A stretch of 64,000 nt of DNA, from NCBI GenBank assembly GCA_946965045.2, contig OX337234.1, positions 1,860,001 through 1,924,000 of the forward strand, given 5' to 3'. Source of the DNA: Epithemia pelagica (Eukaryota > Protista > Bacillariophyta). The notes below the pieces were generated by a model. It was not told where the DNA came from. It searched no databases and worked only from the letters and a program-made list of their open reading frames with translations. Shown here piece after piece: positions 22,249 to 34,637 of the stretch (within the stretch, counting starts at the first letter, position 1; each line of letters starts with the position of its first letter). A program made the translations under genes and the position numbers.

Positions 22249-24933
22249 ATGAGGAAAGGAGATCTATTATCAGCGTTGATCATCTGGGTCTCTGTCAACA
22301 TTGTCGTTGAGTCGCTGACAACGTCATCGAGATCGTCTCGTTCCATACATGGGTCGATTTCGCGACCACAACTATTGGACGTTAACGTCCGCCCTCAGTC
22401 AAAGACGATCCTTAAGGCTACTGTAGAGGAAGATCTTGATGACGCACTTGACAACCTTCTTGTTGATGCATTGAATGAAGCGGAAGGGGACGTGCCGAGA
22501 AAGTTTCGAATCAAGTCGAGGTCACCCGGGCCTGTGTTCGAAGAAAATGATGTAAGCAAAAATTCCATGATCAATAGTTGTGCTTGAGAAGCCGGCTTTA
22601 TATCTCTGACTCGCCCGGTTTCCCATGAAGAACCCTATAGATTGGACAGACCCTAAAATGCTTTCCACTAGCAACCCTCATTGGGTCGAGTCTGGCTTGA
22701 GCCCAAGAGTGATTGATGTACTTAGCAGTAAGGGCATAACCGTCTTTACACCAGTACAAGGCGAGGCATTTCACCCAGTTCTCAAAGGGAGAGATGTCAT
22801 AGGTCGATCCCGCACCGGTATGTCGACATCGGTATGTTAGATAGTCGTCTTGACGAAGCTTCCTCACTTCATTTCCATTCGGTTTTTGTGCCTGTCTTCT
22901 TGTCTTTTGCCTATTCCAGGTACTGGGAAAACACTGGCTTTTGGCTTGCCCAGCCTCACTCGCTTGGTCGATATTTGTAAGGAGAAAGGAACCCGTGATG
23001 AAAACGGTCGTATGCGTAGAGGACGCAAGGTCTCAATGGTGGTTCTTTGTCCCACCCGCGAGCTTGCGCGACAAGTATCCGACGAATTAGAGTCTGTTGC
23101 TCGTCCACTTGGCCTTTTCGTAACTGTGTTCCATGGAGGAGTGTCGTATGATCCACAGGCACGTGCTCTTCAAAGTGGAATTGACGTTCTTGTTGGGACG
23201 CCTGGTCGTGTTATGGATCACATGGATCGGGGTAACCTCGACCTGAGCGAATGCAATATTGTTGTATTAGACGAAGCTGACGAAATGTTAAACATGGGCT
23301 TCGCTGAGGATGTTGAAGTGGTATTGGAAGATATGGGAGCAGACAATAACGACAAAACTCAATGCTTACTTTTCTCTGCGACCACGCCGCCTTGGGTAAA
23401 ACAAATCGGTGCGCAATACCAAGAAAACGTTGTTTCGATTGATGCAACAAGTGAGGAAGGTGGGGCTCGTGTAGCCAAAACCGTTCGCCACTTGGCCGTG
23501 CAGTTGCCACCTGGCGTTGCGTCCAAAAGATCAGTTCTTGAAGATATAATTGCGGTTGAAATTTCGAAGGACGCAGACAAGAAGACAAGTTCAGTTGACG
23601 AAACTAATGCGATTGCTGTTGCTGCTGCAGAGAAGAAAGCGAAAAGCAATGAAGCTGTTCAACAGAAAATCTTTGGGAAGACAATAGTCTTCACAGAGAC
23701 GAAGCGGGAGGCTGACGAACTCGTGTCAGGAGGAGTCTTTAAGAGCTTGACTGCTCAGGCTCTTCACGGGGACGTTGGTCAAAAGCAACGCGATGCGACA
23801 CTAAACGCCTTTCGATGTGGAGCCTTCAATGTACTTGTTGCGACTGATGTTGCGGCTAGAGGGTACGTCGTAGAATGGTCAAATGTTTTCTGATGAGTCA
23901 TTCACTAACTTGCTTCCCTATGAACAGTATCGATATTCAGGACGTGGACCTTGTCGTCCAGTTTGATCCCCCGAGAGACGTTGATACTTACGTTCACAGA
24001 TCCGGTAGAACAGGACGTGCCGGTCGAAACGGGGTGTCGGTGCTGCTGTTCAATCCACAACAAGCACGCGACATCGTAAGGATTGAACGCGATCTAGGAC
24101 ATGGCTTTCAGTTTGACTTAGTTGGTCCACCGTCGACAGAGGCAGCTCTCAAAGCTGCTGCTAAAACCTCGTCCATAGCTAGCCAGCTGATTCCAGATGA
24201 GACTGCAGCGTACTTCAAGGAAGCTGCTTCGGAGCTCTTGTCAGAATTTCGGGACCCCGAAGAGGTTGTGGCTCGGTGTTTGGCTGCGATTAGCCGTAGA
24301 GCTGCGGATGTGCAAAGTAGATCGTTAATCACAGGTGAAGCTGGCATGGCAACAGTTGAAATGCAAAGCAAAGACCGAGCCGTAAGTCCCGGTGATGTCA
24401 TGTTTACAGTTTCAAAGCTCTCAAGGATCAGTAAACGGGACGAATCGTTGTCTTTTGATGGAGATGTTGGAAAGATTCAAACGAACCGAGAGAGTGGATC
24501 AGCTGTATTTGATATGGCGGTTGACGACGCGAAAAAACTAGTAGAGCTTAGCCAGGATGTTGACGTTGGCGGTGCAACGTTTTCGCTCTTACAAGAACTC
24601 GAAGTGCTTCGCGGTCGATACTTTGGAAAATCCGTCGGACGAGGTGGCAGGTTTGGGCAGAACAACAGGAAGGGTGGAGATCGACGACGGACCGGCGGGG
24701 ACAGACGGTATGGAGGCGAGCGTCAGTATCGTTCGAATGGTAGATCACCGTTTGGTGATTCGAGGCGTAGAGGAAACCGTTACTCCAGCAGCTTCCACCC
24801 TCAAAACCACCCCCGCTCCAACCACGGCTATGTAAAGAGAGGAGAGAGCTCCGACTCGTCTCGATTCCGTGGCCGATATGATAGTCGAGGCCAACAGCAA
24901 CGCAACCACAATCGTGGTGATGAAGAATGGTAA
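22249..24933 (+). CDS. DEAD-box RNA helicase (DDX21/RH3-like), possibly organelle-targeted, 4 exons
   Basis: Introns 22552-22630, 22818-22919 and 23863-23927. Motifs GRSRTG|TGKT, PTRELA, LDEAD, FSAT, ARG|IDI, HRSGRTGRAG. RG-rich C-terminus and hydrophobic N-terminal leader. Confidence 0.93.
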
Positions 24934-25216
24934 TCCGGGTGTAACAGAGAAATTTTCTATGATCGACGTATGTCAATAGCCGTAAAAATGCCAAACCAAG
25001 TGAGGCCTTTCTCGGACAAACAATATAGGAGGGGCGGCTCTGTAGCCAAAAACATACGCTGAAGCTAAATCTGAAAGTATCCTAAGTACTCGTAAAGGAA
25101 ACAGTTGCCTCATTTAGAACATACGATCAATGTCAACTAGAGCAAGAAACAAGATATTCAACGAAAACAGCGAGTCTTGAATAAATGCCCTTCCTCAAGT
25201 AGCAAGCAAATTCACT

Positions 25217-27022
25217 TCACACAAACTCCCATGGGACAAGCCAGATTGATGACAACAGCAAAACAGTTGCCCACCCTAGAGTGTAAGAGAATCCTGTATG
25301 CATCCCTCTGGATTGCATGTCGTTGGATACAAGTCCATCCTTTTCTGTGATCGATGAGGCGAATGTGAAGTCTGTCGATGACGGGGTCCCCATTCCACTT
25401 TCAGTGGATGCGCCACTACTGGAACGGACACCTTCTGAACCCGTAGCAGATGTCGTTGACAGAAAACTTGAAATCTGGTCTCCGGTTTGACCCGAAGTGC
25501 CCTGAGCAATGAGAATGACATTTTCAGCTTCTTGAGATGGTTCGGGATTGGGTGTTTCGTCATCGTTCCCTTTTCCTCCTTTTCCTTTTCCATATCCTTT
25601 GCCTCCTTTCCCGTGTTTCTTTCCAACTACAACAAGGATGAGAGAGGTAACAATACGAAACAAGTCATGCAATATGTAGGACGTACCTTTTCCAGAACTG
25701 GATTCCCCACATGAGCTCCCTCTTCTCCTGTATTTCCTTTTCCTATTTTCGCTCTTGTCTTTTTTCCCTCCACCCTTTCCTTTGCCTTTCCCCTTTCCTT
25801 TGCCTTCGTCATATGACTCCATACACTCTATCTCATCCTCAACACTCTGAATAGGGTCGTTGTCGACAATCTCACCGTTGTCACTTGGCGGATCATTGAA
25901 CGTCGCAACGGTGGCAACGGCTGCAGCATTTTCGACTGGAAGTGTCGGGGAGCGAGTAGGTCTCGATGAGGGCGCGTTTGAAGGAGTCTTACTGGGTCTC
26001 GATGAGGGTGCATCGGATGGAGCTGCCGACAAAGAAGGGGTCTGTGACGGAGTCCTGCTGGGTCTCCCTGAGGGCACATTCGACGGTTGTGCCGAAGGCG
26101 TTCGAGACGGAGATGAGGACGGTTGCTCCGTAGTAATGATCGAATTTCCGTTTTGATACAGGCGAATCCAGTCCACCTTCATTGTAGCTGGTATCGGAGC
26201 CGAAATGTCGTCAAATGTCCTGATTTCGCATCCTTCCTCACTGCCCGTTGTGCTGATTCCACACCCAGGCGAGTTCGAGTTCCACCCACTCGTGAAACCC
26301 CCACCCACTGCAACGTTCAACAATATATGATGGGGCTCGTGGAAGCTTGTACAGAACGGGCACTGAGCAAGATTGATGTCCATCGTCCAGATCATGTTGT
26401 CGTCAACGTAGGTTGTCAAGCTATCTGGGGTCCACTCGAGCCTATATATGTGAAAGGTTTCATTAAGATCCTGAGCAGCTGTAAAATTTCCGGCGTAGCT
26501 TGCTGTATGATCGTCGTTCCACCAATGAGCACCAGATATCACTCTCTTGTTCCCGACCCCATCACGTAGGGCCTTCCCTTGACCTACTTCCATTACATCG
26601 ACTTCTCCAGCATGTGGCCAGCCAATTTCCGGAAATTTCTCTCCCATTGTCCAGAATGCAGGCCACAATCCCTCAACGACATTCGGGATTTGAATTTTGG
26701 CCTTTAAGCTGCCATATTTGAAGCTGAATTTACCTTCTGTTGTCACACGCCCTGACTTGAATGTCCCATTATCAACCGTCACATTGATGCGAAGATACTG
26801 CCCCGGACTGATATCAACGTTTTCTTTCTGATAATGTTGTAGCTCGGAATTTCCCCATCCTCCTGCTCCCAAGTTATAGGACCAAATACTTTCGTCCAGG
26901 TTTCCAGAGTCGAACTCTTCTGACCAAATCAATGGAAGTTCTTCCATGATTCTCAAACCAAATGACAAATCATTCAGAAAGCCAACGCAACTGAGCCATT
27001 GCAAGATGGTGCCCCTTTTCAT
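25217..27022 (-). CDS. GH16 beta-1,3-glucanase/transglycosylase with Pro/Ser/Thr repeats, Lys/Gly-rich segment and C-terminal hydrophobic (GPI/TM-like) tail
   Basis: WSEEFD, GWGNSELQHY, GLWPAFWT, GEVDVME catalytic motif. Likely in-frame 60-bp intron 25627-25686. Start placed at MKRGT (27022). Confidence 0.9.
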   Translation of the reverse strand: MKRGTILQWLSCVGFLNDLSFGLRIMEELPLIWSEEFDSGNLDESIWSYNLGAGGWGNSELQHYQKENVDISPGQYLRINVTVDNGTFKSGRVTTEGKFSFKYGSLKAKIQIPNVVEGLWPAFWTMGEKFPEIGWPHAGEVDVMEVGQGKALRDGVGNKRVISGAHWWNDDHTASYAGNFTAAQDLNETFHIYRLEWTPDSLTTYVDDNMIWTMDINLAQCPFCTSFHEPHHILLNVAVGGGFTSGWNSNSPGCGISTTGSEEGCEIRTFDDISAPIPATMKVDWIRLYQNGNSIITTEQPSSSPSRTPSAQPSNVPSGRPSRTPSQTPSLSAAPSDAPSSRPSKTPSNAPSSRPTRSPTLPVENAAAVATVATFNDPPSDNGEIVDNDPIQSVEDEIECMESYDEGKGKGKGKGKGGGKKDKSENRKRKYRRRGSSCGESSSGKGTSYILHDLFRIVTSLILVVVGKKHGKGGKGYGKGKGGKGNDDETPNPEPSQEAENVILIAQGTSGQTGDQISSFLSTTSATGSEGVRSSSGASTESGMGTPSSTDFTFASSITEKDGLVSNDMQSRGMHTGFSYTLGWATVLLLSSIWLVPWEFV

Positions 27023-28256
27023 TTTTCCACTATGCAATAAACCTTTTCCACTTTTCCGCTCCAGATCCTGCCCAAAGCAGAATTTTGCAAATTGTGACGG
27101 TGACACATATCGGGTATCGATCGCACGAGCCAAGTTCGTCCATTGAGAGGTATTCGATCGTTGGGTTGGGGTCGGTCCTGCCAAGCATCGCGATGATACC
27201 GGACCGTTTATCAAGACTGATGATGTAATATAATGTGAGCGTGGGAACGAAACTCCGCGGTCGATTTGGTCCCATTTCATCCGGTACTTGCTTTCCCACA
27301 AGCCGACCAATCAAAAGCGATTAATATGGTCACAGAGCTTTAAGTAGTGTATCCATATCACGACCACGATCATATTATGATCTGTCCGTTGATCGACATC
27401 TGGACGTTGGCGTTGGCATCGTGCTCTGTGTCTACACGACTGACAATGGACCGTTTGTCCTTCATTATTCAAGCAACGACAATATCGGGGGATGCTTGGG
27501 ATTTGGGATGCATGTTGATGTTGATGCCTCCAATCTTGTCTCTGTGTCTGTGTTGGTCCGTCACACAGAGAACGGCGCTGCGGGATTTTGTCGAACCCAG
27601 ATAACGATAATAACGAACAACATGTTTCGCATTTCGCATCATCATTCTTGTGCATGTGTGCCCGCCGGATTTGGCTCCGACTCGATGCTACAAAACGTTT
27701 TTGCTGGGTTCAAGGCTTAATCGGAGTTGCTCCTCCCCCCTGGACGACCCTATTCAAACGCATTCACCGTTACGTGACACAATCTCTTTCAAGTATGAGA
27801 AATGGGCTTCATGGACCCTCCCCTGCCCGTTGAATAGCAAGAGTCGCAACACTCTCAATTCCAAATACTACTTGTCTTGAAATGGCTTCGATTTTTGAAT
27901 CAATGGGAAAGGCTGGGCTAATTCACTCTTGAAGCACAACAGAATGAAGAGTTCAGTGAAAACTGACTGCAACGAACAGACGTGACAACAAAGGGAATGA
28001 TGCAACTTAGTCTCGGTAGCACTGCAGTAGAGCTCGCAGCCACGGTAGCTCGGGTGGATGACAGCAATTCTGACCCATGGCCTTTCCACTAACGAATACA
28101 GGTTATGGATTCAGCGTCGCCTAATGACTTCAACTTTTTAGTATTTCAAAGTCTGGGACAACATCTGGGAGGATTGGATAAGGTTCACGAGTAGAGACAA
28201 ACCGTAGGAAATCATCCCGACATTCAACTCCTCTAGTAGAAGGTTGATCTTATTAC

Positions 28257-30029
28257 CTAGGAAATAATGCATTTGTTGTTGGGTGAGGAAGTTGATACCT
28301 GGTTTCTGGTATGCCCCGAAGATGAGGTCGGAGTATTTGCGACAGCAGAAGACGATCCTTGTCCAGAAGCAACACGTTGATGCTCTTCGTCCTGAAGCCG
28401 CTGGGCCAGCCGAAAGTCGTCCTCATGGGAGCCTTGCGCTTGATTCTGTTGTTCTTGCATCAATTCCTTGGCCAGTTGTTGCGCTAGAAGAGCATCGGCT
28501 GCTTCCTGCGTCGTTACAGGCCTTTGTGCGTCAACAGAGAACGGCGTGGCGTGTTCAACACCGAACGCCTGCTGCCCCGTTGCAGCACTAGGTGGCACTT
28601 GGGATTCGGGGACAGGCACGCCTACTGCAAGTTGGTCTACAGAGGCCGACCCAAGCAATGGAGAGTGCTTTACAGCTGCGACTTGATTTGGTTGCTGCTG
28701 GTCTCCTTGGACAGAACTGGGTTCAATCACCTGTTGTTGTCCATGGTATTCTCGCAAGCTTGCTTCGGTCGCAGCTGCCATAAGCTTCCCTTCTTCGGTA
28801 TCTAACAAAGACTGTGACGTTGGGTTGATATTGGCATCAGATGGTTGTCCACTTAATTGCAGCGCCAAATGGTAGTCAGCGTCATTCTGACTGGATTGTG
28901 CCATGAGTTGTTCTGGGGTAAGGCTTGATCCAGACTGCGATATTTGGCCGGGTGCCTTGAATTGCGAGTTCACATATTCCGTATCACCATCAATCACATC
29001 AAGTTTCTCCCAGACGACCATCGGTGTATTGGCATAGCCCAAGTCGGTAACAAGAAGAAACAAACTTCCGTCGTGTTTCGTCAACGTTGCAAAATGATTG
29101 TTACGAAAGAACACTGTTAGTTCGTCCTCGTTCAGCTCCTGGTGCAAGGTCGATAGACCGTACTGTGTCAGCTGGTGCCCAGTCGTTTCCAGGAAATGAT
29201 CGATACAAGAAGCCCGGGTGGCATCCATCTGGAGTTTCTCACATTGCTGCTCTAATTCTGCTATCTGGGCCAACAAATCACTTGAATGAACATCTTGCTG
29301 TTGTTGCTTCTCCTCCTTTTCACTTCCATCTGCTGCGGTAGTTGTAGTACTTTGTTGCTGTTCCCGAAGCTCATCCAGCCGCTTTCTGGTATCCGATTGT
29401 TTTGAATCCGCCTCTCGGCCGACAATGACAAGTTCGATCAACTCGTTGTACGTTTTGTTTCCAATGGCGTCAAAGATTGCACCGTTTCCCTCAGATGCTG
29501 GATCAAGAATCCAGCCATGAACCAATTTAACATGCCAAAGATCGAAACAAGTAAGCTCTTGTGTGTACTCATAGCCCATGATACCAGCAGTGAATTTCGG
29601 ATTGACGTCCATGCCATATTGCAGTTTTGGGATTTGTCGGAGTAATTCGTCAAAGTAGAACTGAGACTCTTCGGCAGCCGCACTGCTTGTCTGCAAGACG
29701 TAATTTGCTAGCACGTTTGTCAAATCGGACAGAGAGGCCACATTGTTTCGAACTGCCGATGGTGGCAATTTTACTTTTTCCTGCAGCAAGAGTGCATTGG
29801 CTGCCGCCAAAAGAGGGCAGGGTCCATTCTCGTTTTGTAACAGAATTTGGCATTCTCGACCCTGTTCACCGAAACAAATGAGAGGTGTGAGGGGTCACCG
29901 AATAGCTTGCAGTGGGAATAACACGTGACAAAGAAGTTGACCCTCAAGAAATGGTTTGGATTTTGGATGGCACATAATTTGACGACGTACCCGATAATTT
30001 ACGTGCTTCAATCTGTAAACTGGATCCAT
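28257..30029 (-). CDS. MINDY1: MINDY-1/2-like deubiquitinase with MIU ubiquitin-binding motifs, 2 exons
   Basis: Exon 1 MDPVYRLKHVNYR (30029-29991), intron 29862-29990, then QNENGPCPLLA (catalytic Cys), LVHGW, FFRNNHF and D..LA..LQ motifs. Confidence 0.9.
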
Positions 30030-30354
30030 GATGCAGATCACCTTCTAACCGATCTCTGACAGAATGAAGATGTGAGAGAGATAGGTAGGCAAAATCGAGT
30101 CTTCACGAAACAAAAGCAGGAGAGGAGATATGAATGACAGGATGATCCGTTGAGGTCGCAAACGAGGCTAACCAAGGCGCAATGGGAACGTGGGTCACGT
30201 TTCGTCATGTTTCGTCTGTGCCGCACTTCGCGCGCAGAACGCGCAGACTTCGATTTCCAATTCCCAAGGTCATCGCATACAAGTGGCAAGTGGCAAGAGT
30301 GGCGAGTGGCAAGTGCACTCTTTGCATCTTCCTCAGCAGCGAGAATGCAGCGAC

Positions 30355-31428
30355 ATGGCAACCGCAACGTCTCAACAAGACGAGGATTGGGCCGAAAGAG
30401 CGGAAGAATGGCATAGTGCTTGAATCTGTTGATTGGCGAGACAAGGATGATGTAGCAGACGCGTGCAAGATGTTGACCGTCGACGAGAAGGATTTCCAAA
30501 GCAGGAACAAAGTGAAAGACTTCCTCCGTCGTTATGCGGATACCCCAGGCTTTAAAGTGAACGCCTACATTGAAGGCGCAAGGCTTGTGAAAGGATTTCG
30601 TGCCTCAATGTATATGCTCGCAGAAGAATTCAACGCTTTCTCAGAGCCAGATGTTACTCCGATTCGGTACGACGAGAATATCAAACCGTCAGCATTGCGA
30701 ATGTCTTTGCTCTTTGAAAGTAAACAACGGGCAATGCAGTTTTCCACGAAACTTCGGAATTGGAAATTTAGCCACCCAATGCTTGGTTCAAGTTTGGAAG
30801 AAATCCAAGTAGATGACCTTCCCGCCAGGGTTCCGCTCCGCGGTGACCTATCTCCGATTAAACTGAATGACTATGATCCGAAGGAAGCGGATGATTCCCC
30901 TTGCACAAGTTTGGCAGATTTGAGGGGCATGTCTTCTGTCTTACCAACAGAACCGATTTCATTGACAGAACCGCGTAGCAAATATCAATCGATCGAAAAG
31001 GAAGATGTTTTTGCGCTTCGAAACCCATACAAACTACATATCAAGGATTAGGCAAAGTTCAAGACGCTCAGGGACGAGGAGAACAACATGCTAGCTGGAA
31101 GCTGGAATTTGCATCAACTCTTTGATGGTTTGCACACTAGCGAAGGTCATCTTGTTCCATCCCTTGGAATCGAGTGGGTTGAAAGCACCAAGAATCCGAC
31201 ACAAATGGAAGACGGAGAAATCCGATACAGGGTGACTTACGCATTCATTTTTTCTCGCAACTAGCTGAGGATGATATGAAGGGTAGTTTGAAGATTGCTT
31301 CATCAGACCAGGGCGAAGGAAAATGGCTGACTGATGTGTTTGTGAAGAATCCTGAAGTCTTCAAGGATTGCATACAATGGAAATACTCGTATGCCTGCAA
31401 AACATGGAAAGATCACCTTGACATTTAA
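30355..31428 (+). pseudogene. decayed HNH-endonuclease-like (Crinkler/CR-type) gene
   Basis: Past the TAG at 31049-31051 the frame continues KLHIKD*AKF...DEENNMLAGSWNLHQLFDGL (HNH_2-like H..N..H..FD). A 1-bp gap near 31238 leads to VKNPEVFKDCIQWK...W and TAA at 31426-31428. The start is uncertain, with a possible third lesion near 30415. Confidence 0.6.
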
Positions 31429-31812
31429 AGCCATTGGCTACTGTACATATAACAAATCGACACCATTGTAATTGTACGTCACCAAATCAGGCTGCATGGG
31501 GCTTCATACTGTTTCTGCATCTCCTGTAACGTGTGCCCGCAGAGCGAGTCGACTTTGATTCCTAGTTCCTCTAGCCTACCTGCAAGTTATGTTTGGTCAT
31601 GGTCATTCACATTCCTCGTTGCCACTGCTACTCCTACCTCCTTAATTCATCACGGGCTTCTGGAAATGATGCAAGATATTGCATCCGCAAACCGCAAAGG
31701 CAAAGCCAGTCGCTCTACCTAGCAGAAGCTCTACCAAGTCACTTTATGCATTGCATCTACTCTTGGATGAAATTGGGTATAGCCACCGAACTCCCAACTC
31801 CTTTAACAGAGA

Positions 31813-33132
31813 CTAGGGCTCGAAAACATGAATTGGAATAGTCACATCGTACAGGATACCCGAGTTCCCACAGATTAGAGCATTGGGAGGAACAATTTCT
31901 TGGTCATTTTGATCGTGTGTGCATGCCACTCCATCGGCCGGGGTGACATCAAGTCCGCACTGAATTTCGGAGGATCGCTCCAAGCGAATATAGCCACCTT
32001 CGCCCCAATTGGGACCCCATGAATTGCGGACAATCCAAAATTCCTGGCCCGTCGTTTCATCCTTTCCATAACCTTCCAAAACCACCAAGTGATTCACATC
32101 CGTCACGCGAGGATCCATGTCGGGCGAGGAAAAGTTTGCTCCTGGAAACACGCCGCTTTCGTAAGAAATCCAGGGGTGGCATGCCACAGATACAGCAAGG
32201 GGACCCAATTTCGCAACTGCATTCATGACAGCAACATAGTCATTCGATGGCAAGGAAACCCAGCCACCAATACCCATTACAGCTCCCTCATAGTATCCAC
32301 TTGTGTTCCGGCCAGGGCCAAGGCTTTCTCCATGACGAAGACTCTTCCGCGAAGATGGCTGACGTTGGTGAAGTTCCTTCAACGAACATTCCAAAGGACC
32401 ATGTGGACGATACGATTGGTATCCAAACTGCCACTCCGTGACCATTCCATGTTCCTGCACATGCTCGAATGCTAGTTCGCTCGTGGACCCCGCACATCCT
32501 CCTGCACCGCCACATTTTCGCGGATTCTGTGAACACGAGACCAACTCTTGCACCGATAACTCAAACAGCTTTCCCGTTTGAATTGCCAGATGGGATTCCA
32601 GTACAGCCGTGGAGGCAAAGGCCCAACAACTGCCACACATGCCCTGGTTTTTGACTGGGGTCGATACTCCTTGTTTACGCCAGTCAACACGAGATGGCAA
32701 CGATTCAATTGGGTCACGTAAGCTGACGCCAAGAACAGTTTCAAGCTTCCCGAGAAGAAGATGGCGTTCCTGTAGGGAGGTTGACTCATGCTCAAATACT
32801 TGGTGTTTGTTTCGGTTGAGCTTGCGAGACTTGTCGTAGCCCTTCCAAACTTCCCTGGGATTCATGTCCGTGAACTGGTTCACCCCAACACTGTAACCCT
32901 TGTAACTTCCCTTCACATACTGGTCATGTATCTTGCCAAGGTTTGATAAGTAAACTCTACGATGGATCTCGTATTGATCTTTATCAGGCCATCTCTTGTC
33001 GTATTTCTGTAGGTATTCATCATACGACAGAATTCTGCTGCTGATATCCGAAAGATCCTTTGCAACAACTGTTTTGGATGTCAGGACGCTGGTTCCAATC
33101 AAGGTAAATGCAGCAAGGACCTTCATCTTCAT
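31813..33132 (-). CDS. papain-family (C1A) cysteine protease with I29 propeptide, secreted
   Basis: Signal peptide MKMKVLAAF, NQFTD, VDWRK, QGMCGSCWAF, NHLV, WIVRNSWG. Confidence 0.93.
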   Translation of the reverse strand: MKMKVLAAFTLIGTSVLTSKTVVAKDLSDISSRILSYDEYLQKYDKRWPDKDQYEIHRRVYLSNLGKIHDQYVKGSYKGYSVGVNQFTDMNPREVWKGYDKSRKLNRNKHQVFEHESTSLQERHLLLGKLETVLGVSLRDPIESLPSRVDWRKQGVSTPVKNQGMCGSCWAFASTAVLESHLAIQTGKLFELSVQELVSCSQNPRKCGGAGGCAGSTSELAFEHVQEHGMVTEWQFGYQSYRPHGPLECSLKELHQRQPSSRKSLRHGESLGPGRNTSGYYEGAVMGIGGWVSLPSNDYVAVMNAVAKLGPLAVSVACHPWISYESGVFPGANFSSPDMDPRVTDVNHLVVLEGYGKDETTGQEFWIVRNSWGPNWGEGGYIRLERSSEIQCGLDVTPADGVACTHDQNDQEIVPPNALICGNSGILYDVTIPIHVFEP

Positions 33133-33329
33133 CGTCTTATCAACGCTTTGTTTCAGGCCATTTCCCACATCAGTCGTGGAACATTTGGATCTTTCTATCG
33201 CTGTACTACCGAGCGTTGGTGTCTTTTTGGTGCTAAGCCCCAAACCCACACCCTCCACAAAACTTTGGTCCCATCATGTCACATCCAAAAATCAAGACAA
33301 AGCAAGGAAACTTCGTGCCACCGATCACC

Positions 33330-34310
33330 ATGTCATCGTCCATTCGGAATCCGTACAACGTTGTACAGTCCAAGTCGATCCACTCCTCCTTAGCTAGCTT
33401 GTCCAAGGAGACGGAAGAGTTGCGGCAGTCAACAGTTCAAATCGAAACCAAGTTCCACCAACTTTCCCAGGAGCTGTCTCAACGATTTCGTCCAAAGCAG
33501 AAACATTTGTTGGAACAAATTCGCGAGGCTCGTGACCTTGCCGGTCGCTCTCAGCAGCAATCACGTAGCCTCACCACTGAAAAGGGACGTTTGAATGATC
33601 AACTTCACGAGGAAAGTCAACAGTTGAAAGATGCTTGTGAACACGAAACAACCCTTCTACAAGATGAGGCGGAAGGAAAACTCCAGTTCTCACATGAGAT
33701 GTTTACTTTGAACTATGAGCTCTACTCTATGCTCAAACGTCAAGAAGAAGAGCGTCTCCTCGGACGGCTTGACGCCGCGATGGATCTTGGAGTGGACATC
33801 TGCGAGTATCTCAACCCCGCTTGCGTATCGGACGAAATTACCCAGGAGGACAAAACGGCGTTTGCATCTCTTCTTGCTGCAAGTCAGACTTACAAAGATA
33901 TGTGCCTAAATGCAAAGAAATGGCAAGCGAGTGTTCTCGAAATGCGCACTACCGTACTGAAACATCAGCTTCATCAATCTGACTGCCATTTGAGTCAATC
34001 AAAGGTACGTTTTCGTGCAGTAAAACGAATGGAAATTTTCTTTGTGTTCACTTTTGTTGTTTTCTGTGACACTTTATAGCAGGAGATGCTATTGACGGAA
34101 ACCAGTCTTCGAGAGTTGGAAAATGTGTGGGATGAAAACTCGAACCCTCGAGAAAAGAGTGGTTGCGGCAGCGAGGCAGGAACAATGACCACTTTGGACG
34201 AAGATTGTCACAACAACCGAATGCGAGAGGAGAATAACCCTGTGCATATGCAGCTTTTCTATGAAACGGCAGTCCCAGAATCGGAGCTAGCAAACATGAT
34301 CGAAGGGTAA
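33330..34310 (+). CDS. coiled-coil protein of unknown function, 2 exons
   Basis: Intron 34005-34079 (NAGNAG acceptor) joins ORFs 33276..34079 and 34086..34310 in frame. Confidence 0.7.
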
Positions 34311-34637
34311 AGCCGCGATGTTTCGACTACACCTTCTCACATTCCTCTATTGTTAGAAGCCTTCAATACTGGTCAATGAGAAAACTCATTTCCTTGAGAG
34401 AAGTTGCCCGAATAATAGGGGTCTAAGATTAGCCGTCTTGTTGGTGGATTTTCTGATGGCATACTAGGGACAACGTATCCGTAGGCATTGTATGTTGTAG
34501 GAGTACACTGTTGTAAGATGTGTAAGGTGTATGGCCTAAGGTTATCTTGGATCGTCCCGTTGACAAAACGCGATTTCGCGGTCTAACGTCTAACGTCGGA
34601 GTTTCAAGTTTAAAAGTCCCATCTTCCATCTAACTAA

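Noticed and set aside
27023-27310. N-terminal 96 aa of ORF 25217..27310
   Set aside because: Looks like open 5' leader (GTG start, no signal or GH16 features). The ATG at 27022 is preferred.
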